Origin: Acholeplasmatales bacterium
GTDB lineage: Bacteria; Bacillota_I; Bacilli_A; Acholeplasmatales; JAEDCM01
Direction: 5' to 3'
NCBI GenBank assembly: GCA_017961685.1
Contig: JAGCWW010000060.1
Coordinates: forward strand, 53 to 64,052
Length of the DNA: 64,000 nt
A program made the translations under genes and the position numbers. The stretch's first letter is position 1; the number at the start of each line of letters is the position of its first letter. Below the pieces are notes generated by a model. That model did no database searches. It had not been told where the DNA came from and saw only the letters and a program-made list of their open reading frames with translations. Below, piece after piece: positions 1 to 9,238 of the stretch.

Positions 1-150
1 CTGAAAGCATCTAAGCGTGAAGCCCACCTTGAGATGAGATTTCCCATCGATAAGAGTAAGACCCCTTGAAGACTACAAGGTTGATAGGCTGGGTGTGGAA
101 GCACGGTGACGTGTGGAGCTGACCAGTACTAATAGGTCGAGGACTTAACC
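1..150 (+). rRNA. rrl: 23S rRNA, 3'-terminal ~150 nt (gene continues upstream of window)
   Basis: Conserved 23S 3'-domain sequence CTGAAAGCATCTAAGCGTGAAGCC ... GACCAGTACTAATAGGTCGAGGACTTAACC, followed by 5S and a tRNA as in Firmicute rrn operons. 3' end approximate. Confidence 0.9.
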
Positions 151-194
151 TTATAATAGAAACCTTTAAGAAAATATCTAGTTTTGAGAGATTA

Positions 195-305
195 GTCTGG
201 TGACGATAGCGAAGTGGACACACCTGTTCCCATCCCGAACACAGAAGTTAAGCACTTCAACGCTGATGATAGTACCACGGTGCGAAAGTAGGAAGTTGCC
301 AGGCA
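195..305 (+). rRNA. rrf: 5S rRNA
   Basis: GTCTGGTGACGATAGCGAAGTGGACACACCTGTTCCCATCCCGAACACAGAAGTTAAGC...GTAGGAAGTTGCCAGGC. Has the universal 5S loop motifs (CCCATCCCGAAC, GTTAAGC) and its ends pair to form helix I. Ends +/- 3 nt. Confidence 0.88.
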
Positions 306-317
306 ATCTCTTTATTT

Positions 318-394
318 GCCTACATAGCTCAGTTGGTTAGAGCACCTGACTGTTAATCAGGGGGTCCTAGGTTCAAGTCCTAGTGTGGGCGCCA
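318..394 (+). tRNA. tRNA-Asn (anticodon GTT), CCA encoded
   Basis: Hand-folded cloverleaf. Acceptor GCCTACA/TGTGGGC, T-arm CTAGG-TTCAAGT-CCTAG, anticodon loop CT-GTT-AA, discriminator G plus CCA. Confidence 0.95.
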
Positions 395-407
395 TTTTTA
401 TTTAATT

Positions 408-428
408 AGGCTTTTAAAGCCTTTTTTA
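408..428 (+). terminator. Rho-independent terminator of the rrn operon
   Basis: AGGCTTT-TA-AAAGCCT hairpin followed by a T-run. Confidence 0.6.
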
Positions 429-458
429 TTTATATTTGAATAAATATTAGTACAAACA

Positions 459-487
459 AAAAAAGGCATCATTTTGCCTTTTTTCTT
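459..487. terminator. Bidirectional hairpin terminator (serves the minus-strand DegV gene)
   Basis: AAAAAAGGCA-tcatt-TGCCTTTTTT, with an A-run on one side and a T-run on the other. Confidence 0.55.
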
Positions 488-493
488 TATTTA

Positions 494-1348
494 TTATTTT
501 TCTCTTCTATCTTTACCAATGAAGAAGTACGCTCTTAAGTCTGGTCCACAGTGAGAAGCAATTGTTGGTCCCATTAAAGTAATATATAGATCTTTAAATC
601 CAACCTCTTTTTGAATTCTTTCACCTAATTCTTTAGCTTTTTCTAAGCAATCTGCATGACAAATATATAATGTTTGTTCACTAGGATTAATTGCTTTTTC
701 TTTAATATCTTCAATAATAGCTAATTCACTCTTTTTAGTTCCATGACACTTTTTATCAATATAAAGCTTACCTTCAGAATCAACCTTTAATATTGGATTA
801 ATGTGTAATAATTTTCCAATGATATATTTACTCTTCTTAAGTCTACCACCCTTATAGAAGTACTCTAATGTATGAGTAGTATAGTTTGTATTAATGAAGT
901 ATTTGTATTCGTTTAATTGATCATATACTTCTTGAAGAGAATAGCCTTTATCTCTAAGCTCTACAGCTTTAATAACTAACATACCAGTACCAACACAAGC
1001 AAATAATGAATCTAATACTTTAACTTCCTTTTTCATTTCTTTTGCTTTTATTTCGGCATGTTCATAACAATTTGATAGTCCACTTGATAAACAAATATGT
1101 AGGATTGGTTCACCTGTTGAATTCCATACTTTTTCAACATCATCACCATTATAGCATCCTGTTTTACTTAGTTGTCCTTCACGGAATCTCTTATAGAAAG
1201 CAGTCTTATCATCAAATTCCATATTATCTTCATATTCAGCATCGCCTTGAATATATTTAATTGGGACTAACTTAATGTCATTTCTTTTTATAAAGTCGCT
1301 AGGAAGATCACAACTTGAATCACATGTAATATAAAACTTTTTTTCCAT
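494..1348 (-). CDS. DegV family fatty-acid-binding protein (FakB-like)
   Basis: ORF track 494..1357. N-terminus MEKKFYITCDSSCDLP resembles the DegV family start and length fits. ATG 1348 lies behind GGTGGGTGA; alternative starts at 1354 and 1357. Confidence 0.8.
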   Translation of the reverse strand: MEKKFYITCDSSCDLPSDFIKRNDIKLVPIKYIQGDAEYEDNMEFDDKTAFYKRFREGQLSKTGCYNGDDVEKVWNSTGEPILHICLSSGLSNCYEHAEIKAKEMKKEVKVLDSLFACVGTGMLVIKAVELRDKGYSLQEVYDQLNEYKYFINTNYTTHTLEYFYKGGRLKKSKYIIGKLLHINPILKVDSEGKLYIDKKCHGTKKSELAIIEDIKEKAINPSEQTLYICHADCLEKAKELGERIQKEVGFKDLYITLMGPTIASHCGPDLRAYFFIGKDRREK

Positions 1349-1515
1349 TTCCATCACCCACCATCATTGTATAATTAATATACTAGTAATACAATAAAGT
1401 TTTCCATTAGTTTACTCTAAAGAATAAACTAATAATTCTACTAGAAAAAAATAATATTCTACTATGAGTAGAATTAATAAAAAAATACTGATATAATTAG
1501 TTTGAGGTGATTAAA

Positions 1516-2199
1516 ATGATTGATATTCATACTCATATTTTAAATGGTGTAGATAACGGTTGTAAAGATTATAATGATGCCGGAAAGGTCGTACTTAAGG
1601 CAAAATCTCAAGATGTAACTGCAATGTTTGTAACACCACATCAAACAGCTTATGCTGGCTTTGATGCTGATAGTTTAAAGCAAAAGTTTAATAAGTTTAA
1701 TGAAATCTTTCAAAAGCATGGAGTAGACTTATATTTAGGTGCGGAAATAGAATATAGTAAAGATGTTTTAGTTAAAGTATTTTATAAAAAGCTATTATCT
1801 ATGAATAACACTAAATTTGTTTTAATTGATTTTAATTCATCACAAGAAGAATATGATTTATTAAGCGTCATAAAAGATTATAAGGCTCATGGATTTAAAA
1901 TTATAATTGCTCATGCTGAATGCTTAAACTTAAAGGAAAGTGAGTATTTAAGAATTAAAAATGCTGGAGCTTATATTCAAGTAGATGCTGAAGATATATT
2001 TAATAAGAAATATAAGAAAATAATTGATTATCTATTTGAAGAAAGATTAGTTGACTTTGTAGCATCTAATATCCATTCATCTAAGGGGAATTACATAATG
2101 GATAAAGCTTTAAAAGATGTAACTAAACGTACAACAAAAGATTATGCTGATTTAATCTTTAATAGAAATGCTAAGAACTTACTTATATTAGGTAAATAA
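1516..2199 (+). CDS. CpsB/YwqE-type PHP-domain protein-tyrosine phosphatase (orphan, no adjacent kinase)
   Basis: MIDIHTHILNGVDNG N-terminal HxH metal motif plus internal PHQ and HAE motifs typical of CpsB. ATG 1516 follows GAGGTGA; the track start at 1507 is GTG. Confidence 0.7.
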   Translation: MIDIHTHILNGVDNGCKDYNDAGKVVLKAKSQDVTAMFVTPHQTAYAGFDADSLKQKFNKFNEIFQKHGVDLYLGAEIEYSKDVLVKVFYKKLLSMNNTKFVLIDFNSSQEEYDLLSVIKDYKAHGFKIIIAHAECLNLKESEYLRIKNAGAYIQVDAEDIFNKKYKKIIDYLFEERLVDFVASNIHSSKGNYIMDKALKDVTKRTTKDYADLIFNRNAKNLLILGK

Positions 2200-2249
2200 T
2201 TAAATTAATATTGATTAAATTTATAATTTAATATATAATACATAAATGT

Positions 2250-2460
2250 AGTGTTGATAAAGAAGTAGTAAGAATAATAACTAGATATAGTAGAGAATAA
2301 GTGTCACCGGCTGAAAGCACTTTGTGTATTTATATTCTGAATTCACCTTTTGAACTAATCGTATTTCTGCGTTAAAGAATTTGAGTGCTAGAATTAATTT
2401 TCTAGAATTAAGGTGGTACCGCGTTAATTACGTCCTTAGAGAAATCTAAGGGCTTTTTTT
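2250..2460 (+). promoter_or_regulatory. T-box riboswitch leader, Phe specifier (TTC), controlling pheST
   Basis: Stem I elements (AGTA, AGAGA, GGCTGAAAG). Specifier loop GAA-TTC-A with TTC at 2342-2344. T-box sequence AAGGTGGTACCGCG at 2410-2423. Terminator CCTTAGA-gaaa-TCTAAGG plus T-run at 2434-2460. Confidence 0.9.
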
Positions 2461-2481
2461 AATAGATAAGGAGGAAAAATT

Positions 2482-3510
2482 ATGGAATTAGAAAACATTG
2501 AATTAGTCGCAACAGAAGAAATTGAAAAATGTGATGACTTAGATCAACTTAATGAAACTAGAGTTAAGTATCTAGGTAAAAAGGGCTTAATTCAAGGATT
2601 TATGAGCAAAATGCGTGATTTATCTAACGAGGAGCGTCCTAAGTTTGGAGCTTTAGTTAATAAGATAAAGGCAGCTATTGAAGAAAGAATTAAAATTGCT
2701 CAAGAAAAGTTAGAAGAAAAGAAGATTAATAAGAAACTAGAGAGTGAAGCAATTGATGTAACTCTACCTGGTTATAAGTTTAATACAGGTGTAATCCACC
2801 CATTAATGCAAACAATCGAAGAGATTGAAGATTTATTTATTGGTATGGGTTATGAAATTGCTGAGGGCCCAGAAGTTGAAGAAGATTTATATAACTTTGA
2901 ACTTCTAAACTTACCTAAGGATCACCCAGCAAGAGATATGCAAGATACTTTCTATATTAACCCTAATGTTTTGCTAAGAACTCATACTTCGCCAGTTCAA
3001 GCAAGAACTATGCAAGCTAAACAAGGTAAACCAATTAAGGTTATTTGCCCTGGTAAGGTTTATAGAAGAGATGATGATGATGCAACTCACTCACATCAAT
3101 TCATGCAAGTTGAAGGTTTAGTATTAGGTAAAGATATATCTTTAGCTGATTTAAAGGGTACTTTACTAGAAGTTGCTAAGAAAGTATTTGGTAATGAAAG
3201 AGAAATTAGACTACGTCCAAGTTTCTTCCCATTTACTGAACCAAGTGTAGAAGTAGATGTATCATGCTTTAAATGTAATGGTAAAGGATGTTCTATTTGT
3301 AAGAATTCAGGATGGATTGAAGTATTAGGTGCTGGTATGGTTAATAATAACGTGCTAAAGATGAATGGATATAATCCTGATGAAATCCAAGGCTTTGCCT
3401 TTGGTATTGGTGTTGAAAGATTCACAATGCTTAAATATGGTATAGAAGATATTAGAAACTTCTATTTAAATGATCAAAAATTCTTAAATCAATTCAAGGG
3501 GGTAAAATAA
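2482..3510 (+). CDS. pheS: Phenylalanine--tRNA ligase alpha subunit
   Basis: Full-length match to PheS pattern (class II motifs [33 protein letters not shown]). Preceded by the Phe T-box. Confidence 0.97.
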   Translation: MELENIELVATEEIEKCDDLDQLNETRVKYLGKKGLIQGFMSKMRDLSNEERPKFGALVNKIKAAIEERIKIAQEKLEEKKINKKLESEAIDVTLPGYKFNTGVIHPLMQTIEEIEDLFIGMGYEIAEGPEVEEDLYNFELLNLPKDHPARDMQDTFYINPNVLLRTHTSPVQARTMQAKQGKPIKVICPGKVYRRDDDDATHSHQFMQVEGLVLGKDISLADLKGTLLEVAKKVFGNEREIRLRPSFFPFTEPSVEVDVSCFKCNGKGCSICKNSGWIEVLGAGMVNNNVLKMNGYNPDEIQGFAFGIGVERFTMLKYGIEDIRNFYLNDQKFLNQFKGVK

Positions 3511-3511
3511 G

Positions 3512-5869
3512 ATGAAAGCTAGTTTAAATTTTATTAAAGACTTCGTTAAAATTGATGAAACAAATGAAGAATTATACAAATTATTATCATTCAAGGTAAT
3601 TGAAGTAGAAGAATATTATAAGTTAATTGACGCAACTAATCTAACAATTGGCCATATTAATGAATGTGTAATGCATCCAGATAGTGACCACCTACATATC
3701 TGTCAAATTGATTTAGGAGATAAGGTTGAACAAATCGTTTGTGGTGCCCCTAACTGTACTGCAGGTATTAATGTAGTAGTTGCTAAAGATGGTGCCGTAT
3801 TACCTGGTAACTTCAAAATCAAAAAGAGTAAAGTAAGAGGTGTTGAATCTAACGGTATGTGCTGCTCTCTTCAAGAATTAGGTATTGAAGAAAAGTATGT
3901 TCCAGAAGAATTCAAAAATGGAATAGTTATTCTTGGTGATGATGCTAAAGCTGGAGAAGATCCACTTAAATATTTAGGTTTAGATGATACAGTATTTGAA
4001 TTAGGTTTAACTCCAAACCGTGGAGATTTACTAAGCCACTTAGGTGTTGCTTATGATATTGCCGCAGCTAAAGGTGAAACAGTTTCATTTACTGCTCCAG
4101 TAATGAAAAATGCGAAACCAAGCGATTTATCTGTTAAAGTTGAAACTGAAAACTGTTATGCATATTATGCAAGAAAGATTACTAATATCACAATTAAAGA
4201 ATCACCTTGGTGGTTAAAAGGTAGACTAATAGCTTGTGGTATTAGACCTATTAATAACTTAGTAGATATTACAAACTATGTAATGCTAGAACTTGGTACT
4301 CCACTACATGCATTTGATGCTGATATTATTGGAAACAATATCGTAGTAAGAAATGCAAAAGAAGGAGAAAAAACAACTACACTAGATGAGGTTGAAAGAG
4401 AATTAAAGCCAACTGATGTAGTAATTACTGATGGAAAAGAAGTAATTGCTATTGGTGGTGTAATGGGATGCTTAAAATCAGGAATTAATGAAAACACTAA
4501 AAACATTATTCTTGAATCTGCATACTTCGCGCCTACAGCAATTAGAAAGACTGCATCACGCTTAAATCTTCATAGTGAAGCTTCAATGCGTTATGAAAGA
4601 ATCGTTGATCCTTCTAGAACAACTCTTGCTTTAGATAGAGCAACAGAATTATTCGGTTTACTTGCTGATGGTAATATCGATAATGGTTATGCTTGTGTTG
4701 ATAACTTAAAGAAAGATGATAAAGAAATATCAATTGAACTTAATAAGATTAAGAGCTATTTAGGAATTGATATTAATGAAGCTCAAGTAGAAGAAATCTT
4801 CAAGAGATTAGGATTTAAAGTAGAAGCTAATAATGGCTCATTTAAAGTATTTGTACCTTCTCGTAGAGTAGATATTTCAACTAGTCAAGACCTACAAGAA
4901 GAAATCGCTAGAATGTATGGATATGGAAACATTCCATCAACTCTACCTAATACAAACTCTAAGGGTGCTTTAAATGAAAAGCAAAAGCTAATTAGAAGTG
5001 TTAGACACTTCCTTGCTGGACTAGGTTTAATGGAAGTAGTTAATTATTCTTTAATTAATAAGAATGATTTAAATAAGTTTGGTGAATTTACTAATGAAAT
5101 TTCTCTATTAATGCCAATGACTAGTGATAGAGAAACTTTAAGACAAACATTACTAAACAGTATTGTTGAAGATTTAAGATACAATAGTGCAAGACAACAA
5201 CAAGATTTAGCAATCTTTGAAATTGGTAAAGGTTATAACACAAATGGTGAATATGACTTACTTGCTGCTGGTATTAAAGGTATGTTTAATTCAAGCTTAT
5301 GGCAAGGTAAGAAAACACAATCTGATTTCTACCTACTTAAAGGTATTCTAGAACAATTACTTGCTTATGTAGGAATTGAAGTTACATTTGTTAAAGGTGT
5401 AAATAATGGCTTACATAACGGACAAACTGCATTCATCATGGCTGGAGATACTAAGCTTGGTGTAATTGGTGGATTACATCCATTAATCTTAAAAGAAAAT
5501 GATATTAATGAAGGATTTGTTTTTGAAATTAATCTAGATGAAATCTTAAAACTTAGAAACGCAAAGAATAATTATAAACCAATTTCTAAGTTCCCAACTG
5601 TATCACGTGATATTGCCATTCTAATTAATAAGGATGTTCCTGCAAGTGATATTATTGCTTTAATTAAACAAACAGCTAAGAAGTTAGTTAATATTAATAT
5701 CTTTGACGTATATCAAGGAGATAAGATTGATGCTAACTTAAAATCAATCGCTATATCTTTAGAATTTCAAGATACAGAAAAGACATTAACTAGTGAAGAT
5801 GTAGATAAGTTCATTAATCAAATCTTAAAGAGATTAGATTTCACTTATCAAGCAAAACTTAGATCATAG
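3512..5869 (+). CDS. pheT: Phenylalanine--tRNA ligase beta subunit
   Basis: 785 aa, tRNA-binding N-domain, B3/4 and B5 regions. Starts 1 nt after the pheS stop. Confidence 0.97.
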   Translation: MKASLNFIKDFVKIDETNEELYKLLSFKVIEVEEYYKLIDATNLTIGHINECVMHPDSDHLHICQIDLGDKVEQIVCGAPNCTAGINVVVAKDGAVLPGNFKIKKSKVRGVESNGMCCSLQELGIEEKYVPEEFKNGIVILGDDAKAGEDPLKYLGLDDTVFELGLTPNRGDLLSHLGVAYDIAAAKGETVSFTAPVMKNAKPSDLSVKVETENCYAYYARKITNITIKESPWWLKGRLIACGIRPINNLVDITNYVMLELGTPLHAFDADIIGNNIVVRNAKEGEKTTTLDEVERELKPTDVVITDGKEVIAIGGVMGCLKSGINENTKNIILESAYFAPTAIRKTASRLNLHSEASMRYERIVDPSRTTLALDRATELFGLLADGNIDNGYACVDNLKKDDKEISIELNKIKSYLGIDINEAQVEEIFKRLGFKVEANNGSFKVFVPSRRVDISTSQDLQEEIARMYGYGNIPSTLPNTNSKGALNEKQKLIRSVRHFLAGLGLMEVVNYSLINKNDLNKFGEFTNEISLLMPMTSDRETLRQTLLNSIVEDLRYNSARQQQDLAIFEIGKGYNTNGEYDLLAAGIKGMFNSSLWQGKKTQSDFYLLKGILEQLLAYVGIEVTFVKGVNNGLHNGQTAFIMAGDTKLGVIGGLHPLILKENDINEGFVFEINLDEILKLRNAKNNYKPISKFPTVSRDIAILINKDVPASDIIALIKQTAKKLVNINIFDVYQGDKIDANLKSIAISLEFQDTEKTLTSEDVDKFINQILKRLDFTYQAKLRS

Positions 5870-5876
5870 AACAATT

Positions 5877-5900
5877 AAGAGGATTAATTCCTCTTTTTTT
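5877..5900 (+). terminator. Rho-independent terminator after pheT
   Basis: AAGAGGA-ttaat-TCCTCTT followed by TTTTT. Confidence 0.75.
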
Positions 5901-5946
5901 GTTTATAATAAAACAAAAATATGATAAAATGATTTTGGTGATGATT

Positions 5947-6690
5947 ATGAAAAAAACTCTTTTTTTGATTCCATTAGTTTTAGTATTAGTATCATGCAAG
6001 AAAAAAAGTGATGATCCACTTAAGTATGAATTAAACTTAAGTAATACTTATACCGCAATCTTAGAAGATGGCTCAACTGCAAAAAAGGTTAGTGTGCCTA
6101 AAAAGTATAACGGTAAAGAAGTCACTGAACTTTCAGGATTTAGAAACAATTCATATATTGAAAGTGTCACATTTACATCAAACATCACTAAGATTGATGC
6201 TGGAACATTTACTTTTTGCGAGCACTTAAAAAAAATAAGTGTAAGTAATTCTGATACTTTTAAAACAATTGATGGAAATTTATACAATGATAAATCATTA
6301 CTAGTTTATGCATCTGGTAAAACTGATGAAACTTTTGAAACTGATTATAATATTAGTTCAAGAGCTTTTACTTGTGCACCTAACTTAAAGAAAATAAAAT
6401 GCAATGGTAATATCGTAGAAGATAATGCCTTTATGTTTTTAGAATCTATTGAGGAAATTTATATTTCAAGTAGAACTAATACAATTAGTGATAATTTTAT
6501 TTATGGTATTATGCCAAAAAGATTAGTTGTAAATAATAAAACAATTCTTGATACTTTAACTGTTAAAGATATAAAAGAAGTTTATGTTATTAAAAATGGT
6601 ATAGTTTCAGAAGACTTCTTAAGTAAATACAAATACGTTGAAGATAAAACAATTGATAAGGATACATACTTATATTATGAGGTGAAATAA
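5947..6690 (+). CDS. Lipoprotein with BspA-type leucine-rich repeats
   Basis: MKKTLFLIPLVLVLVSC lipobox. Repeats of the type ESVTFTSNITKIDAGTFTFCEHLKKISV. Start moved to the signal-peptide Met; the track ORF begins at 5899. Confidence 0.65.
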   Translation: MKKTLFLIPLVLVLVSCKKKSDDPLKYELNLSNTYTAILEDGSTAKKVSVPKKYNGKEVTELSGFRNNSYIESVTFTSNITKIDAGTFTFCEHLKKISVSNSDTFKTIDGNLYNDKSLLVYASGKTDETFETDYNISSRAFTCAPNLKKIKCNGNIVEDNAFMFLESIEEIYISSRTNTISDNFIYGIMPKRLVVNNKTILDTLTVKDIKEVYVIKNGIVSEDFLSKYKYVEDKTIDKDTYLYYEVK

Positions 6691-7709
6691 TGACTCTATT
6701 TGATTTAAACTTAGATGATTTAGAAAATTTTATAGAGTCCCTTGGTGAAAAGAAATATCGCGCTAAGCAGATATTTTTAAGTCTATATAAAGATAGAGTA
6801 ACTTCATATGATGAAATGACTACCTTAAAAAAGGAATTTAGAGACTTATTAAAAGAAAAACTTCCATTTCCAACACTTGAACTAGTTAATAGACAAGTAA
6901 GTACTGATACAACAGAAAAGTTTTTATTTAGATTAAGCGATAATAATCTAATTGAAACAGTTTTAATGCCTCATGATTATGGATATTCTTTATGTGTATC
7001 AAGTCAAGTAGGTTGTCCTATGGCTTGTTCATTCTGTGCATCTGGTGCGTTTGGCTTTAAACGTAATCTAGAAACTTATGAAATGGTTAAACAAGTATTA
7101 GATGTTGAAAAATATTCTAATAAAAAAATAAGTAGTGTTGTAATTATGGGAATAGGAGAACCATTCTTAAATTATGATAATGTCATTAAGTTCATTAGAA
7201 TAATTAATAATGATTTTGGTATTGCAATAGGTGCTAGACATATTACACTATCTACTAGTGGAATATTACCTAAGTTTAAAGATTTTGAAAAAGAAAAGTT
7301 CCAAGTAAATCTTGCGATAAGCTTACATGCATCTAATAATGAACTAAGAAATAAATTAATGCCAGTTAATAAAAAATATCCTTTAGAGGATTTAATAGAT
7401 GCAATTAAAACTTATATTGAAAATACAAATAGAAGAGTAACTATTGAATATATTTTGCTTGATGGAATTAATGATTTAGATACTAACGCAAAAGAACTTG
7501 CTAAACTTCTTAGAGGTTTAAATGTTTATGTTAATTTAATTCCATACAATGAAACATCAAATAACGATTATAAACGTAGTAAAAGAACAAATATCTTCTT
7601 TGATTTACTAAAAAAAGAAGGTTTAAATGTAACTGTTAGAAAAGAACATGGACATGATATAGATGCCGCATGTGGACAACTTAGAGGTAAAATGATAAAA
7701 GGAGAATAA
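6690..7709 (+). CDS. rlmN: 23S rRNA/tRNA adenine-C2 methyltransferase, radical SAM
   Basis: YRAKQIF N-terminus, radical-SAM CPMACSFCASG, C-terminal DIDAACGQL. Confidence 0.93.
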   Translation: MTLFDLNLDDLENFIESLGEKKYRAKQIFLSLYKDRVTSYDEMTTLKKEFRDLLKEKLPFPTLELVNRQVSTDTTEKFLFRLSDNNLIETVLMPHDYGYSLCVSSQVGCPMACSFCASGAFGFKRNLETYEMVKQVLDVEKYSNKKISSVVIMGIGEPFLNYDNVIKFIRIINNDFGIAIGARHITLSTSGILPKFKDFEKEKFQVNLAISLHASNNELRNKLMPVNKKYPLEDLIDAIKTYIENTNRRVTIEYILLDGINDLDTNAKELAKLLRGLNVYVNLIPYNETSNNDYKRSKRTNIFFDLLKKEGLNVTVRKEHGHDIDAACGQLRGKMIKGE

Positions 7710-7710
7710 G

Positions 7711-8598
7711 ATGAAGAAAGGTTTAGTTTTAAAGATTACAGGTGGAAACTATACAATTAAAGATTTAGACACTAACGAAGTAATTATGGCTAAAGCAAGC
7801 GGAAAATTAAGATATGTTAGAGTTGCTAGCGATAAAATTATAACTGTTAGTCCTAAGGCTGGAGATATCGTTAATTATGAAAATAATTATATCGAAAGTG
7901 TTAACGAAAGAAAGAATTCTCTAAGAAGACCTGATTGTGCAAATATCGATCAAGTTGTTTTAATTTTCTCTTGTAAGGAACCTGACTTTAGCTTTAATTT
8001 ATTAGATAATTTTATTCTTCATGTTGAAAAAGAAAATATAGATATAAAAATAGTTATAACTAAAATTGATTTACTTAATGATGATGAATTAAATGATTTA
8101 AAGAAAAAACTATCATATTATGAATCAATTGGTTATGAACTATATTACACATCAAGCAAGATAAATAATGGAATTGATACTTTAAAACCATTGTTTGAAA
8201 ATAAAATAAGTGTCCTATCTGGTCAAACAGGTGCGGGTAAATCAAGCCTACTTAATGCGATTGATCCAAACTTTAAACAAAACACAAATGAAATATCTAA
8301 GGCTCTAGGACGTGGGAAACATACAACACGTACAACAGAACTACTTGAATATGATAATGGATATATCGCAGATACTCCAGGATTCTCAAGTCTAGACTTC
8401 TTTGGTTTTGAAATAGATGATTTAAAGAAATGCTTTAAAGATTTCTATAAATTAAGTAATGAATGTAGATATAGTGATTGTAACCACATAAATGAACCAG
8501 ATTGTAATGTTAAAAATAACTTAGATAAAATCTTAAAATCAAGATATGAAAATTATCTAAAGTTTTATGAAGAAATAAAGAAAAATAAGAAATATTAG
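7711..8598 (+). CDS. rsgA: Ribosome small-subunit-dependent GTPase A
   Basis: Circularly permuted GTPase (TKIDL ... GQTGAGKSSL), C-terminal zinc knuckle CRYSDCNHINEPDC. Confidence 0.92.
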   Translation: MKKGLVLKITGGNYTIKDLDTNEVIMAKASGKLRYVRVASDKIITVSPKAGDIVNYENNYIESVNERKNSLRRPDCANIDQVVLIFSCKEPDFSFNLLDNFILHVEKENIDIKIVITKIDLLNDDELNDLKKKLSYYESIGYELYYTSSKINNGIDTLKPLFENKISVLSGQTGAGKSSLLNAIDPNFKQNTNEISKALGRGKHTTRTTELLEYDNGYIADTPGFSSLDFFGFEIDDLKKCFKDFYKLSNECRYSDCNHINEPDCNVKNNLDKILKSRYENYLKFYEEIKKNKKY

Positions 8599-8610
8599 GA
8601 GGATTTAACT

Positions 8611-9237
8611 ATGCAAATAGCCCCATCAATTTTATCTAGTGATTTTGCTAGATTAAAAGAAGAAATTGAATCAATCAAAAACTGTGATATGGTACATATC
8701 GATGTTATGGATGGACATTTCGTTCCAAATTTAACATTTGGTGCACCTGTTGTTAAATGCATTAGAAAATATACTGAACTTTTCTTTGATTGCCATTTAA
8801 TGATTTCTAATCCACTAAAATATGCTAAAGACTTTGCCGCAGCTGGTGCTGATTTAATTACTTTCCACTATGAATCAGATAATGATCCTAAAGAAGTAAT
8901 TGATGAAATTAGACGTTTAGGCTGTAAAGTAGGAATTTCAGTAAAACCTAAAACAGATATCAAAGAAATTGATAAATACTTAGATTTAGTTGATTTAGTA
9001 TTAATCATGAGCGTTGAACCTGGTTTTGGTGGACAAAGCTTTATGCCTGAAGTTTTAGATAAGGTAAGATATTTAAAATCATTAAAGAAGAAGTTCGTAA
9101 TTGAAATTGATGGTGGAATTGATGATAAGACAATTATTCAAGCAAAAGAAGCTGGTGTAGATATTTGTGTTGCTGGTTCATACATCTTTAAACAAAAAGA
9201 TAGAATTGAAACTATTAAAAAATTAAAGAGTGTATAA
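8611..9237 (+). CDS. rpe: Ribulose-phosphate 3-epimerase
   Basis: IAPSILSSDFARL, HIDVMDGHFVPNLTFG, MSVEPGFGGQSF motifs. Confidence 0.95.
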   Translation: MQIAPSILSSDFARLKEEIESIKNCDMVHIDVMDGHFVPNLTFGAPVVKCIRKYTELFFDCHLMISNPLKYAKDFAAAGADLITFHYESDNDPKEVIDEIRRLGCKVGISVKPKTDIKEIDKYLDLVDLVLIMSVEPGFGGQSFMPEVLDKVRYLKSLKKKFVIEIDGGIDDKTIIQAKEAGVDICVAGSYIFKQKDRIETIKKLKSV

Positions 9238-9238
9238 A

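Noticed and set aside
11-223. 70-aa minus-strand ORF
   Set aside because: Lies entirely inside the 23S 3' end and 5S rRNA, so it is a chance ORF in structural RNA.
1042-1260. 72-aa plus-strand ORF inside the DegV gene, and the similar antisense ORFs at 3096-3425, 4276-4506, 6048-6287, 9223-9456, 13819-14034, 18334-18552, 20418-20738, 23412-23756, 38243-38548, 43984-44295, 46271-46486 and 54576-55025
   Set aside because: All are nested opposite well-supported conserved genes. They have low-complexity translations and no RBS, so they were treated as spurious.
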